A DNA stretch of 64,000 nucleotides from an uncultured Trueperaceae bacterium (GCA_963727505.1 CAVSGP010000004.1:96001-160000); one strand, 5' to 3'; positions 30,433-43,253 are shown, numbered from the stretch's first letter. Translations and numbers: made by a program. The notes: generated from the sequence alone by a model not told the origin.

Positions 30433-31524
30433 ATGCACTTCAACGAACTGCTTCAACGACTGGTCGAGCGCGGTGCATCGGACATCCACCTGCATGTGGG
30501 GATGCCGGCGCTGGCCCGCCTCCACGGCAAGCTCGAACCGGTCAGCGAAGCGAAGATCGCACCGCGCTTCACCGAGGCTCTCATCGACCTGATGTGCGAC
30601 GACACCCAGAAGGCCGCTTTCAAGAGCCGGCACCAGGTGGACCTCGCCTACAGCGTGGCCGGGCTCGCGCGCTTCCGCGTCAACCTCTTCCGTCAGCGCG
30701 GCTCGGTGAGCGCGGTGCTGCGCATCATCACCTCGGACGAGGCCACCCTCAAGGTCGTGAATCTGACGGACGAAACGATCGAGTACTTCCGCGACCAGGA
30801 GAAGGGGCTGGTGCTCGTCACCGGCGCCACGGGCAGCGGTAAGTCCACCACGCTGGCGCGGATCGTCGACGAGATCAATCGCCGGCACGCCAAGATGATC
30901 GTGACCGTCGAGGACCCGATCGAGTACCTCCACAAGTCGAAGCGCTCGGCCATCGTGCAGCGGGAGCTGGGGGTCGACGCGCGCTCGTTCTCCGAGGCGC
31001 TGATCGCCGCCATGCGCCAGGACCCGGACGTGATCATGATCGGCGAGATCCGGGACCACGCCACCGCAGCAGCGGCATTGACCGCGGCGCAGACCGGACA
31101 CCTGGTGTTCAGCACGCTCCATACACAGGACTCGGTGCGGACGATCAACCGCATGATCGATCTCTTCCCACCGCACGAACGGCCGACCACGCGCATCCTG
31201 TTCGCCGAGGCGCTGGTGGGGATCGTGTCGCAGCGCCTGCTGCCGCGCGCCGATGGCGCCGGACGTGTAGCGGCGATGGAGATCCTGAAGGGCACGCTGC
31301 GCATCAAGGACCTGGTGCGCGACGAGGAGCGCACGGGTGAGCTCTACGACGCGCTTAGGGACGCTCGCCTCGACGGCATGCAGCTCTTCGACGACCACCT
31401 GGCGGAACTCTACGCCAGCGGCGCCATCACCTTCGAGACCGGCATGGCCGCGGCGACCAGCGCCCAGGCGTTCAAGATGGCGGCCACGCAGGTCGACGTG
31501 CAGCGTCCCGCCGTCGGGGTCTGA
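30433..31524 (+). CDS. pilT: Type IV pilus retraction ATPase (PilT/PilU family)
   Basis: ASDIHL, GATGSGKST, TVEDPIE, RQDPDVIMIGEIRD, TGHLVFSTLH. Confidence 0.93.
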   Translation: MHFNELLQRLVERGASDIHLHVGMPALARLHGKLEPVSEAKIAPRFTEALIDLMCDDTQKAAFKSRHQVDLAYSVAGLARFRVNLFRQRGSVSAVLRIITSDEATLKVVNLTDETIEYFRDQEKGLVLVTGATGSGKSTTLARIVDEINRRHAKMIVTVEDPIEYLHKSKRSAIVQRELGVDARSFSEALIAAMRQDPDVIMIGEIRDHATAAAALTAAQTGHLVFSTLHTQDSVRTINRMIDLFPPHERPTTRILFAEALVGIVSQRLLPRADGAGRVAAMEILKGTLRIKDLVRDEERTGELYDALRDARLDGMQLFDDHLAELYASGAITFETGMAAATSAQAFKMAATQVDVQRPAVGV

Positions 31525-31551
31525 GGGCCGCCCGCGCCCATTGGCGAGAGC

Positions 31552-34500
31552 TCAGAACGGTACGTCTGGCGCGGCCGAGGGAGCGGGACGGAAGCCGCCG
31601 TTCTGCGACCGGCTCTCAAGCAGGGCCCGTCTGTCGAGCGTCACCGAAGTCCGTAGCCAGGGGCAGGAGGCCTGCAGCTCCGCCAGGCGGTCCACGTCCA
31701 CGCGTACGCCCGAGGTGGCGTAGCTGGCGGCTCCCTGCGGGCCCAGCACGTCGAGTTGGACCGGCGTACGACCGCTGCACTCGTCCAGGAGCGAACGCAA
31801 CTCGAGCAGGTGATGCCGGCCGACCTCCGCCAGGTCGAAGTGGAGCACGGCCACCTCGGGCGCGTTGTCGCGCGCGTCCCAGCGGATCAGGCGATCGGCG
31901 ACCAGGCGCACACCGTCACCGTCCTCCGAGAGCTCGGCCACCACGACGGCCGGTGCGTCCTCGGCCAAGAGGTGGGCCATCGCCTCGTAGCTGCGGCTGA
32001 ACGCCACCAGCTCGCGCGCGCCGGACTCGTCGGCCAGCTCGAACCGCGCCATCATCGTGCCCTTGCGCGTCGGACGCTTCACCACGTTCTGGAGCATGCC
32101 GGCCAGGACCACACGCACCCGGCCGCCCGGCCGGTCCGGCGGGTGGGTACGGAAGTAACCCTCGATGGCGTCGACCTCACAGGTGGCGGCCTCGCCCAGG
32201 CCGGGGTAGGAATTCATGGGGTGGGCGCTGATGTAGAGCCCCAGCGCCTCCTTCTCGAAGCGCAGCAGCTCGAGCTCGCCGAGCGGCTCGCCGGGGTCGA
32301 GCGTCGGCGGCTTGATCTCCTCGGCGCCGAACAGGCTCGCCTGTCCCTGCGCCGCCTGCTCGCGCTGGGCCGCTCCCCACTTGAGGGCGGTCTCAAGGTT
32401 GCGGAGCAGCACGTAGCGCTCGCCCAGCTGGTCGAACGCGCCGGCTTTGACGAGGTGTTCGACGGCACGCTTGTTCACCAGGGTGGTATCGACGCGCCGG
32501 CAGAAGTCGAAGAGGTCGGCGAACGCGCCCGCCTGCTTGCGCTCGTCCAGGATGTGGTCGACCGCGTTGTCGCCGACGTTCTTGATGCCGTAGAGCCCGA
32601 AGCGGACGAGGTCCCCTACCGGCGTGAAGTCGGCGTTGGACTCGTTGATGTCGGGCGGCAGCACGTCGATGCCCATGTGGCGCGCGTCGGCGACGTACTG
32701 CGCCACCTTGTCCGAATTCGCGCGTTCGACGGTGAGCAGGGCGGCGGCGAAGGCCACCGGGTAGTGGGCCCTGAGGTAGGCCGTCTGGTACCCGAGCACG
32801 CCGTAGGCAGCCGAGTGGGACTTGTTGAAGCCGTAGTTGGCGAAGCGCTCGAGGAGGTCGAAGATGCGATTGGCCTCGGCGGTCGGGATCCCCTTCGCGG
32901 AGGCGCCGCGCTCGAAGATCTTGCGCTGCTTCTCCATCTCCGCGACCTTCTTCTTCCCCATCGCGCGCCGCAAGAGATCGGCCTGACCGAGCGAGTACCC
33001 GGCCACCGCCTGCGCGATCTGCATGATCTGCTCCTGGTAGACGGGGATGCCATACGTCTCTTCCAGGATGGGGGAGAGCAGTGCCTGCGCTTCCGGGAAA
33101 TCGGAGTAGTCGACGGCCTCCTCGCCGCGGTGACGCCGCAGATAGGCCGGGATGTTCTCCATGGGGCCGGGCCGGTACAGAGCGTTCACGGCGATCAGGT
33201 CGTGGATGCGGCGCGGCTTGAGCTTCTTGAGCGTGTCGACCATACCCGGCGACTCGAACTGGAACACGCCGGCGGACTCGCCGCGGGAGAGCATCGCGAA
33301 GGTCGCCGCGTCGTCCTGGTCGAAGGTGTCGGGATCGAGCTCGACGCCGTGCGCCGCGCGCACGATCTTCACGGCGGCTTCGATGAACGACAGCGTGCGC
33401 AGGCCGAGGAAGTCCATCTTGATGAAGCCGAGATCCTCGACCGAGCCCATGTCGTACTGGCAAACGACGGGACCGTCGCCGGCGCGGAATACCGGAGCGA
33501 GCTCCTGCACAGGGTTCCTGGAGATGATGACGCCGGCGGCGTGCACCGAAGCGTGGCGTGTCAAGCCCTCCAGGGTCTGGGCGACGTCGACGTACTCCTT
33601 GGCGCCCGCCTCGTACAGCTCCCGGAACTCCGGCACCTCTTCGCGGGCGCGCTCGATGGAGACGCTGCGCCCGAACACCACCGGCACCAGTTTGGAGATC
33701 TTGTCGGCGTCGGCAAAGGGGGCCTCCATCACGCGCGCGGCGTCCTTGATGGCAGCGCGCGACGCCATGGTGCCGAACGTGGCGATGTGGGCCACCTTGT
33801 CGTCGCCGTACTTCGCCCGCACGTAGTCGATGACCTCGCCGCGACGCACGTCGGAGAAATCGATGTCGAAGTCGGGCATGGAGATGCGCTCGGGATTGAG
33901 GAAGCGCTCGAACAGCAGCCCGAAAGCCAGCGGGTCGATGTTGGTGATGCGCAGCGCGTAGGCGACGATCGACCCAGCACCGGAACCGCGCCCGGGCCCG
34001 ACGGCGATGCCGTGATCCTTGGCCCAGTTGATGAAATCCGCGACGATGAGGAAATAGTCGGGGAAGCCCATCGCGATGATGACGCCGAGCTCGTACTCGG
34101 CACGCCGCAGCACGGTGGCCGCCCGGTCGTCGCGCCCTCCGGTGAAGGCCTCGAGGTGGGGGTAGGTGTAGCGGTCGTAGGTCTCGCCCTCGCTCTTGGG
34201 CCTGCGGCCGCGCTCGCCCTCTTCGGCCAGCGCCAGCAGCACGGCGTCGAAGTCCAGCTCGCCGGCCGCGTCGGCTCCGCGCGCCTCGGACAGGTAGGCG
34301 CGGAAGAGCGCCTCGTCCACGTCCTCGGGATAGCGCTGCATCAGCCCCCGGTAGCCATCGATGCGCAGCTGCTCCGCGAGCGTCCGTCCTTCGGGAAGAG
34401 GCAGCTCCGGCATCTGGTAGACGCGCTTGTCGCCGATGGGCAGATCGACGTTGCACATGTCGGCCACCGTGAGGCTGTTCTCGAGGGCGCCGGGGTACGT

Positions 34501-35301
34501 GCTCGCAGGCAGCGCGGCCGCCATCTCCTCGGGCGTCTTGACGTAGAACTCGTCGCAGGGGAAGCGGAACCGGTTCGGGTCGGAGAGCACCGTCTTGGTC
34601 TGGATCGACAACAGGGCCTCGTGGGCGCGGGCGTCCTCCTTGCGCACGTAGTGGCCGTCGTTGGTCGCCACCATGCCGAGCCCGTAGCGGTCCGCGAAGT
34701 CCTTCAGCACGGGGTTGAGGCGCTCCTGTTCCTCGAGGCCGTGGTTCTGCAGCTCCACGAAGAAGTCGTCGCCGTAGATGTCGAGGTAGGCCTGCAGCAG
34801 GCGTTCCCCCTCTTCGACGCCCACGTCGAGCACCGCCCGCGGGATCTGGGCGCCCAGGCAGCCGGAGAGCGCGATGATCCCCTCGCTGTGCTCGGTCAGC
34901 AGCTCGTGGTCGACGCGCGGCTTCATGTAGAAGCCCTCCAGGTAGGCGCGGCTGGAGAGCTTGCAGAGGTTCTGGTAGCCGGTGTAGTTCTTGGCGAGCA
35001 GGGTCAGGTGGTAGTAGCCGCCGTCGAGCGTACTCGACATGCGGCGCTTCTCGAAGCGCGAGCCGCTGGTGACGTAGGCCTCGAGCCCGAGGATGGGCTT
35101 GACGCCCTCGGCCTGCGCCGCCTTGTAGAACTCCACCGCGCCGTGCATGTTGCCGTGGTCGGTCATGGCCACCGCAGGGTCGCCGGGGGTGACCGAACGC
35201 ACCCAACGCATGAGGTCCTTGATGCGCGCGGCCCCGTCCAGGAGGCTGTAGGCCGTGTGCTGGTGGAGATGGGCGAAGGCGGGGGTCGGCTCGCTCGACA
35301 T
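31552..35301 (-). CDS. dnaE: DNA polymerase III alpha subunit (no intein)
   Basis: HLHQHTAYSLLDG PHP domain, GPGRGSGAGS, MPDFDIDF, FNKSHSAAY. Confidence 0.98.
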   Translation of the reverse strand: MSSEPTPAFAHLHQHTAYSLLDGAARIKDLMRWVRSVTPGDPAVAMTDHGNMHGAVEFYKAAQAEGVKPILGLEAYVTSGSRFEKRRMSSTLDGGYYHLTLLAKNYTGYQNLCKLSSRAYLEGFYMKPRVDHELLTEHSEGIIALSGCLGAQIPRAVLDVGVEEGERLLQAYLDIYGDDFFVELQNHGLEEQERLNPVLKDFADRYGLGMVATNDGHYVRKEDARAHEALLSIQTKTVLSDPNRFRFPCDEFYVKTPEEMAAALPASTYPGALENSLTVADMCNVDLPIGDKRVYQMPELPLPEGRTLAEQLRIDGYRGLMQRYPEDVDEALFRAYLSEARGADAAGELDFDAVLLALAEEGERGRRPKSEGETYDRYTYPHLEAFTGGRDDRAATVLRRAEYELGVIIAMGFPDYFLIVADFINWAKDHGIAVGPGRGSGAGSIVAYALRITNIDPLAFGLLFERFLNPERISMPDFDIDFSDVRRGEVIDYVRAKYGDDKVAHIATFGTMASRAAIKDAARVMEAPFADADKISKLVPVVFGRSVSIERAREEVPEFRELYEAGAKEYVDVAQTLEGLTRHASVHAAGVIISRNPVQELAPVFRAGDGPVVCQYDMGSVEDLGFIKMDFLGLRTLSFIEAAVKIVRAAHGVELDPDTFDQDDAATFAMLSRGESAGVFQFESPGMVDTLKKLKPRRIHDLIAVNALYRPGPMENIPAYLRRHRGEEAVDYSDFPEAQALLSPILEETYGIPVYQEQIMQIAQAVAGYSLGQADLLRRAMGKKKVAEMEKQRKIFERGASAKGIPTAEANRIFDLLERFANYGFNKSHSAAYGVLGYQTAYLRAHYPVAFAAALLTVERANSDKVAQYVADARHMGIDVLPPDINESNADFTPVGDLVRFGLYGIKNVGDNAVDHILDERKQAGAFADLFDFCRRVDTTLVNKRAVEHLVKAGAFDQLGERYVLLRNLETALKWGAAQREQAAQGQASLFGAEEIKPPTLDPGEPLGELELLRFEKEALGLYISAHPMNSYPGLGEAATCEVDAIEGYFRTHPPDRPGGRVRVVLAGMLQNVVKRPTRKGTMMARFELADESGARELVAFSRSYEAMAHLLAEDAPAVVVAELSEDGDGVRLVADRLIRWDARDNAPEVAVLHFDLAEVGRHHLLELRSLLDECSGRTPVQLDVLGPQGAASYATSGVRVDVDRLAELQASCPWLRTSVTLDRRALLESRSQNGGFRPAPSAAPDVPF

Positions 35302-35418
35302 GCCCCATGCTAACGCGGGGTCGGGGGGGCGGCCGGGGAAGGGCGGACGTTCGGCGGGGCCGGTCGGTGGCCCCGCGGAACGGCCCGGCAGAGGGCGGCA
35401 GAGAGCGCCGCGAGCGCG

Positions 35419-35448
35419 TTGACAACGGAAAATCGGCCATGCTAGGCT
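35419..35448 (+). promoter_or_regulatory. Sigma70 promoter of the tRNA-Cys/tRNA-Val operon
   Basis: TTGACA-18 bp (ending TGC)-TAGGCT. Confidence 0.8.
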
Positions 35449-35492
35449 TTCCTAGCTCGGTGGCCCGACCCGGCGTCGGTCCGTGAGCGTGC

Positions 35493-35567
35493 GGCGCCGT
35501 AGCCAAGGGGTAAGGCAGAGGTCTGCAAAACCTCGATTCACCGGTTCGAATCCGGTCGGCGCCTCCA
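35493..35567 (+). tRNA. tRNA-Cys(GCA)
   Basis: GAGGT-CT-GCA-AA-ACCTC, GTTCGAATCC, U73 discriminator, CCA. Confidence 0.96.
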
Positions 35568-35581
35568 CCTCTTCCGACCAT

Positions 35582-35656
35582 AGGCGCGTAGCTCAGTGGG
35601 AGAGCGCTACATTGACACTGTAGAGGTCGGCGGTTCAATCCCGCCCGCGCCTACCA
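35582..35656 (+). tRNA. tRNA-Val(GAC)
   Basis: CTACA-TT-GAC-AC-TGTAG, GTTCAATCC, CCA. Confidence 0.96.
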
Positions 35657-35674
35657 ACCGAACGCCGGCGTTCA

Positions 35675-35723
35675 CGCCGTAGGAAGGGGGTCGCCCATCA
35701 CGGGCGACCCCCTTCCTACGGCG
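35675..35723. terminator. 22-bp perfect hairpin between tRNA-Val and the convergent GGDEF gene
   Basis: CGCCGTAGGAAGGGGGTCGCCC-atcac-GGGCGACCCCCTTCCTACGGCG. Confidence 0.8.
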
Positions 35724-35747
35724 CTGTGGAGCGGAGTGTGGCCGACC

Positions 35748-37871
35748 CTAGGCGAGGTGCGGGCGGCCGGCGGTGGTGAGATCGTCGCGCGCCAGCGGCT
35801 CTCCCAGGATGTGCGTGAATCCTACCGAGCGCAGATCGTCGATGCTGTGCGAGTCGCTGGGGCGTCCTTCTGCCACGAGCTTGAGTCCGGACTGGGTGAC
35901 GGAGGTGAACAGCGAGAGCGTCATTCTTCGGCTGAGTTCATCGCTCAGAGCGCGGTCGATGGCGCTGGGGTGCACGGTGACCCAGTGGTAGGGGAGTTCC
36001 TTGCCGCGGCGCGCGGGCGTACGGCCTTCGCCGGAGTGTTCGAGCATGAGCCCCACCCCGAGCTCCGCGCAACTTCGAGTGGCGCCCGCCAGACCGGGCC
36101 ACTCGACATCATCGTGGGCGTGCACGGAGATAATCAGGCGTGCGGGATCGAGCCCGCTCTCGGCAAGCAGGTCGCATAAGCGCTCGTGCCCCTCCCCGAA
36201 GACCTGTTGGGGTGTGACCGAGACGGCCAACGGAATGCGCAGCTCGGGCGAGCGCGACAGCTCGTCTACGACCTCGGTCAAGGTCCATGCGTAGAGATTC
36301 TCGGCGAGCCCCGTCTCGCGGGCGACGCGCTGCACCATGGCGGGGTCGACCGACCCGTAGCGAGGATGGTTCCAGCCCAGACCGACCTTGGCGATGACCG
36401 GCTCACCGCCGTCAAGCGCGCCGATGGGCGCGTAGCGCAGCGCCAGCTCGCCCCGCTCGAGGGCGTGGGGGAGGTCGCGCTCGAGGTGGATGACTTGACG
36501 GGCGGCCTCATCAACGGTGGTGCTGTACTCCACGAAGCGAGACTTGCCCTGCTCCTTAGCGTGACGCAGGGAAATATCGGCACGATCGAGCACGTCCTTG
36601 GGGTCGGTGTCGTCGCTCCGTACGGGTGTCAGGCCGACGCTGGCGCCGACGCGGATGGTGATCCCGTCGATCGTGAACGGTCGCCCCAGGACATCGACCA
36701 GGCGGTGCGCGACCGCGCCGGCGCGTCCCGAGGTGCCCACCCCGTTCAGGAAGGCGGCGAACTCGTCGCCCGCGAGCCGCGCGACAACGTCCTTGGAACT
36801 CACCGCGCCGACCATGCGGCGAGACGCCTCCACCAACAGTCGGTCCCCAGTGGCATGCCCGTAACGGTCGTTGACGCGCTTGAAGCCGTCCAGGTCAATG
36901 TAGAGCACAGCGTCATGGGAGGAGGGAGCGCCCGCCCCTCCCGTCCCGGCCTCGCGACGCTCCATCGCTGCCGCCAGGTGCTCCAGGAAGTAGCGCCGGT
37001 TCGGGAGGTCGGTCAGGGGGTCGTGCAAGGCTCGGTGCGCCAAGTCGCGTTCGCGCAGCTTGAGGGCGCTGATATCGGAGAACGACACCACCACGGCCCG
37101 CGGTTCGCTCTCGCTGGTGTCGAGCAGCTGCGCGTTGACACGAATCCAGCGGCTGACGCCGTCTCCCGCTTCGACGCGAAGCACCTCACCCATCCGCGGC
37201 CGACCGTCCTCCAACGTCCTCGCGAAGAGATAGCCATCGCGACTGACCAGATTGCCGTCCTCGTCGAGGATGCGCAGCGGGAGCCCGTCTTGCAGGTCAC
37301 CAATGCCGTTCAGGACGTCCTCGGACACCCCTAGGATCTCGCGGGCGCTGGGGTTGGACACCCTCACCCGGCCGGTAGCATCGATGACCACCAAGCCGTC
37401 GGCGAGCGTCTCGATGATCATGCGCTGGCGGTCCATGGCGCTATTCAGGTTCATCTCGGCATGTACGCGCGCACTGATGTCCTGGATCTGTTTGATGATG
37501 GCGAGGAGCTCGCCGTCCGGCGCGCGCACCGCCGTGACCCCGGCCACCGCATGCAGAACCGACCCGTGGCGCGTAACGTAGCGACGCGGGGTGCGGTCAT
37601 TGTCGAGGCGCCCCTCACGCATATGACCGTGGATGCGCTCCACCAACGCGTGGTCCTCGGGGTGGACGAAGTCGAGCAAGGATCGGCCGACGAGCTCTTC
37701 GGTACCGTAGCCGAGCATCCCGCAGAACGCATCGTTCACGTCCAAGATCGTGCTGTCGCGGCGAAGCAACGACGTCCCGAAGGCCCCTAGGACGAGCGCG
37801 GTACCGGACACGTCGGCGAGACGCAACGGTTCCGAGTGGGACGAGCCAGCGTGGGTGGTTTCGTCGTTCAA
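35748..37871 (-). CDS. PAS-PAS-GGDEF-EAL protein (AGDEF motif, degenerate EAL)
   Basis: HDPLTDLPNR, IDLDGFKRVNDRYGHATGD, RLAGDEF; EAL-like tail; GGGAGGAG RBS with TTG start. Confidence 0.9.
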   Translation of the reverse strand: MNDETTHAGSSHSEPLRLADVSGTALVLGAFGTSLLRRDSTILDVNDAFCGMLGYGTEELVGRSLLDFVHPEDHALVERIHGHMREGRLDNDRTPRRYVTRHGSVLHAVAGVTAVRAPDGELLAIIKQIQDISARVHAEMNLNSAMDRQRMIIETLADGLVVIDATGRVRVSNPSAREILGVSEDVLNGIGDLQDGLPLRILDEDGNLVSRDGYLFARTLEDGRPRMGEVLRVEAGDGVSRWIRVNAQLLDTSESEPRAVVVSFSDISALKLRERDLAHRALHDPLTDLPNRRYFLEHLAAAMERREAGTGGAGAPSSHDAVLYIDLDGFKRVNDRYGHATGDRLLVEASRRMVGAVSSKDVVARLAGDEFAAFLNGVGTSGRAGAVAHRLVDVLGRPFTIDGITIRVGASVGLTPVRSDDTDPKDVLDRADISLRHAKEQGKSRFVEYSTTVDEAARQVIHLERDLPHALERGELALRYAPIGALDGGEPVIAKVGLGWNHPRYGSVDPAMVQRVARETGLAENLYAWTLTEVVDELSRSPELRIPLAVSVTPQQVFGEGHERLCDLLAESGLDPARLIISVHAHDDVEWPGLAGATRSCAELGVGLMLEHSGEGRTPARRGKELPYHWVTVHPSAIDRALSDELSRRMTLSLFTSVTQSGLKLVAEGRPSDSHSIDDLRSVGFTHILGEPLARDDLTTAGRPHLA

Positions 37872-38138
37872 GGCACTCTCCTCCCGACGACCCGCCGTGC
37901 CATCAGGCACTGTCGCAGCAGCTGTCCAAGCGCCGCGTGGCGCGCATGGCACCGTCGCGTTCCGGCGCTCGCTTAAGCTCCAATGATGTACCCCCGACCG
38001 GGTCCGCCAGGTCGTCCTCGCGTCATATCGCAGGCATCGTCCAGACGCTCCGTCTCACGATGTCTTGGCTCCCTGACACGATCAACAACCTCACATCGGC
38101 GAAACCATGAGAAGACCGTGAATGGGCAGCGACCGAAC

Positions 38139-38273
38139 TCACCTCGCCTCGACCTCGCCGACGAACCCCGGCAGCGTGATTCCCACCAAGCCCATCGACT
38201 CGAACACTCCGTGCGGAAGGCCGATGTCACCCACGAACAGGCGGCCCACCATGCCGCCGGGCGTGACGCCCTT
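38139..38273 (-). pseudogene. Orphan duplicate of the 3' end of nnrE (44 codons plus stop)
   Basis: KGVTPGGMVGRLFVGDIGLPHGVFESMGLVGITLPGFVGEVEAR* versus nnrE KGVQPGGMAGRLFVGDIGLPQGVFESMGLPGVQLPGFLTEITGA* (32/44 identical, same length). Confidence 0.88.
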
Positions 38274-38478
38274 CGGCCTCGGGAGAGGCCGCCCCTTCTA
38301 AGGGAACGTGCCCGATACCTGGCGAACGTCGGGCTCCTCAGGAAGGCTGCAGGGCGGCATGCGTAGCGTAGCGGTGCCGCCATGCATCGTCTCCAGCCGC
38401 GTCACTTTGTCGTTGCAGTGCCCGCGCGCGTCGCGCCAGACGGGTGGGCGCTCGCCTCGACGTGCCATGATCGCCGTG

Positions 38479-38943
38479 GTGAGCACCCGAAGCGCTGAAG
38501 CGTCGCGTCTGCGCGACCTCGCCAGGCTGCGCGGCGTGCGCGACCGGATCGACCGGGAGTACGCACGGCCGCTGGACCTCGAGGGCCTCGCGCGCGGTGT
38601 GCACATGTCGGCCGGACACCTCAGCCGGCAGTTCCGGCTCGCCTACGGCGAGTCACCCTACAGCTACCTGATGACGCGGCGCATCGAGCGTGCCATGGCG
38701 CTGCTGCGGCGCGGCGACCTCAGCGTCACCGACGTCTGCTTCGAGGTCGGCTGCTCGTCGCTTGGCACGTTCAGCACGCGCTTCAAGGAGCTCGTCGGCC
38801 TGTCGCCGAGCGTCTACCGCGCGCGCGAGGCGCAGGCGACCGTAGGGCTGGCGCCCTGCGTGGCGAAGCAGGTGACGCGACCCGTCCGGGAACGTGGCGG
38901 TCGGGAATCGAGAAGCGCTGCGCCGAGACCACCCCTAGAATGA
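38479..38943 (+). CDS. Short AraC-family transcriptional regulator (HTH only)
   Basis: RDRIDREYARPLD, HLSRQFR, RRIERAMALLR, VGCSSLGTFSTRF; start may be 38467-38479. Confidence 0.9.
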   Translation: MSTRSAEASRLRDLARLRGVRDRIDREYARPLDLEGLARGVHMSAGHLSRQFRLAYGESPYSYLMTRRIERAMALLRRGDLSVTDVCFEVGCSSLGTFSTRFKELVGLSPSVYRAREAQATVGLAPCVAKQVTRPVRERGGRESRSAAPRPPLE

Positions 38944-38948
38944 CGGCC

Positions 38949-39359
38949 ATGGACATCACCATCCACGCGAGCATGCTCCCGCACGACGATCCGGACACCT
39001 CGATCGCGTTCTACCGCGACGCTCTCGGCTTCGAGGTCCGCGGCGACGTCGAGTACGGGGGGATGCACTGGATCACGGTCGGGCCGGCAGGGCAACCCAG
39101 CACCTCCATCGTTCTGTACCCGCCCGCCGCCACCCCGGGCATCACCGACGAGGAACGCCGAACCATCGCCGAGATGATGGCCAAGGGAACGTTCGCCAGC
39201 ATCAACCTGGCCACCACCGACCTCGACCGTGTCTTCGAGCGGTTGCAGGCCGGCGACGCCGAGGTCGTCCAGGAACCGACCGAGCAGCCGTATGGGGTCC
39301 GCGACTGCGCCTTCCGCGACCCCGCGGGCAACCTGATCCGCATCCAGGAGTTGCGCTGA
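38949..39359 (+). CDS. VOC/glyoxalase-bleomycin resistance family protein
   Basis: FYRDALGF, QEPTEQPYGVRDCAFRDPAGN; leaderless (TAGAAT 7 nt upstream). Confidence 0.92.
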   Translation: MDITIHASMLPHDDPDTSIAFYRDALGFEVRGDVEYGGMHWITVGPAGQPSTSIVLYPPAATPGITDEERRTIAEMMAKGTFASINLATTDLDRVFERLQAGDAEVVQEPTEQPYGVRDCAFRDPAGNLIRIQELR

Positions 39360-39381
39360 GCCAACCGGCGATGGAGGCACG

Positions 39382-41775
<2,394 letters not shown>

Positions 41776-41793
41776 GCGAGGAGAACCCCGGCG

Positions 41794-42507
41794 CTAGGCG
41801 CCGGTGATCTCGGTAAGGAAACCGGGAAGCTGCACGCCTGGTAAGCCCATCGACTCGAAAACGCCCTGCGGCAGCCCGATATCGCCGACGAAGAGCCGGC
41901 CTGCCATGCCGCCGGGCTGGACCCCCTTCTTGGGCAGCGCCACGGACAGCGTCATGCTGGCGTGCACGATGTCGCCAGGCACCTCGCCGTCGTCGACCAT
42001 CATGCCGGTGGGTGCGTCGAGGGAGATCACGCAGCAACCGTCACCCATGTTGTTCAGCACCGTGATCACGTCCTGGGTGCGGCCGCGCGGCGGCCCCTCG
42101 AGATTGGTGCCGATGGCGGCGTCGATGACGCACGCGAATTTCATCTTGGGAAGGCTCGTGCGCACCCGCACCTTGTCGAAGTGGCGCAGGTGCTCGAGCT
42201 GCTCCTTAGGGGTGCCGGAGTAGTTCTCGGCCTCGTGCGTGGGGACCACCCACACCCGATGACCCCGGGCACCCAGCAAGCGGGCGGCGGCGAGACCGCC
42301 ACTGCCGTTGTTGCCGCGTCCCGCGACCACCAGCACGGGCCCGTCACCTGCGAAGGCGTCCACGAGCGTGACCAGATTGCGGGCCGTGTGCTCGACGAGC
42401 ACGCGGTTGTCCAGACCGTACTTGCCGGTGGCGAGCATGATGAGCTGCTGCATCTGGGCAGCCGTAATCGCCGGGAGGTCATCCCAGGGCAGGACAGGAA
42501 AGCTCAT
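41794..42507 (-). CDS. nnrE: NAD(P)H-hydrate epimerase (stand-alone YjeF_N)
   Basis: GRGNNGSGG, IDAAIGT, SLDAPTG, GDIGLP. Confidence 0.85.
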   Translation of the reverse strand: MSFPVLPWDDLPAITAAQMQQLIMLATGKYGLDNRVLVEHTARNLVTLVDAFAGDGPVLVVAGRGNNGSGGLAAARLLGARGHRVWVVPTHEAENYSGTPKEQLEHLRHFDKVRVRTSLPKMKFACVIDAAIGTNLEGPPRGRTQDVITVLNNMGDGCCVISLDAPTGMMVDDGEVPGDIVHASMTLSVALPKKGVQPGGMAGRLFVGDIGLPQGVFESMGLPGVQLPGFLTEITGA

Positions 42508-42524
42508 ACCCCTCCCTCGTGAGG

Positions 42525-43253
42525 TCAGCCGACCAGCTCAGCGTGCTCCAGGTTGGCCGTGGAGAAGACGTTCTGTACGTCGTCGAGGTCTTCGAGCGCT
42601 TCGATGAACCGGACCACCTTGTCGGCGTCGCTGCTGTCCAGCTCCGTCTCGGTCTGGGCGAACTTGCTGAGCTGCGATACCTCCGGAGCGTGCCCAGCCT
42701 TCTGAAGGCCGTCCACCACGGCGTACAGTTCGGTGGGCGAGGTATAGATGGTGAGGCCGCCGTCGATGGGCTCGAGGTCCTCGGCGCCGAGATCGATGGC
42801 GAGTTCCTGCAGCGTGTCGTCCGCGGCGTCCAACACGATCACGCCCTTGCTCTCGAACTGCCAGGCCGTCGATCCAGACATGTTGCCGCCGTGCTTGGTG
42901 AACACATGTCGGACCTCGGACGCGGTGCGATTGCGGTTGTCGGTGAGCGCTTCCACCAGCACCGCAACTCCGGCCGGACCGTATCCCTCGTACAGAACGG
43001 GCTCGTAGTCCCCGCCCTCGCTGCCACCGAGGGCGCGTTCGATCGCGCGGTCGATGTTGTCCTGCGGCACGTCGTCCGTCTTGGCAGCCGCCAGGGCGTT
43101 CTTCAGGAACAGGTTGGCCGACGGGTCGCCGCCACCGCCCTCACGAACAGCAGACTGGATGGCCCGTATGTGCTTGCTGATGATCTTCCCGCGCTGACGG
43201 TCGTTGACCGCCTTCTTGCGCTTGATCTGTGACCACTTGTTATGGCCTGACAA
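42525..43253 (-). CDS. yebC: YebC/PmpR family protein
   Basis: SGHNKWSQIK, YEGYGPAG, LTDNRNRT, LEDLDDVQNVF. Confidence 0.96.
   Translation of the reverse strand: MSGHNKWSQIKRKKAVNDRQRGKIISKHIRAIQSAVREGGGGDPSANLFLKNALAAAKTDDVPQDNIDRAIERALGGSEGGDYEPVLYEGYGPAGVAVLVEALTDNRNRTASEVRHVFTKHGGNMSGSTAWQFESKGVIVLDAADDTLQELAIDLGAEDLEPIDGGLTIYTSPTELYAVVDGLQKAGHAPEVSQLSKFAQTETELDSSDADKVVRFIEALEDLDDVQNVFSTANLEHAELVG

Noticed and set aside
31552..35301. Intein or foreign insertion in dnaE
   Set aside because: FANYGFNKSHS is uninterrupted; the extra helical segment resembles the lineage-typical Deinococcus/Thermus insertion
38095..38135. c-di-GMP-I riboswitch-like GGCGAAACCAT near the GGDEF gene
   Set aside because: Lacks the GAAA tetraloop/receptor and P3 pattern, and faces away from the GGDEF gene
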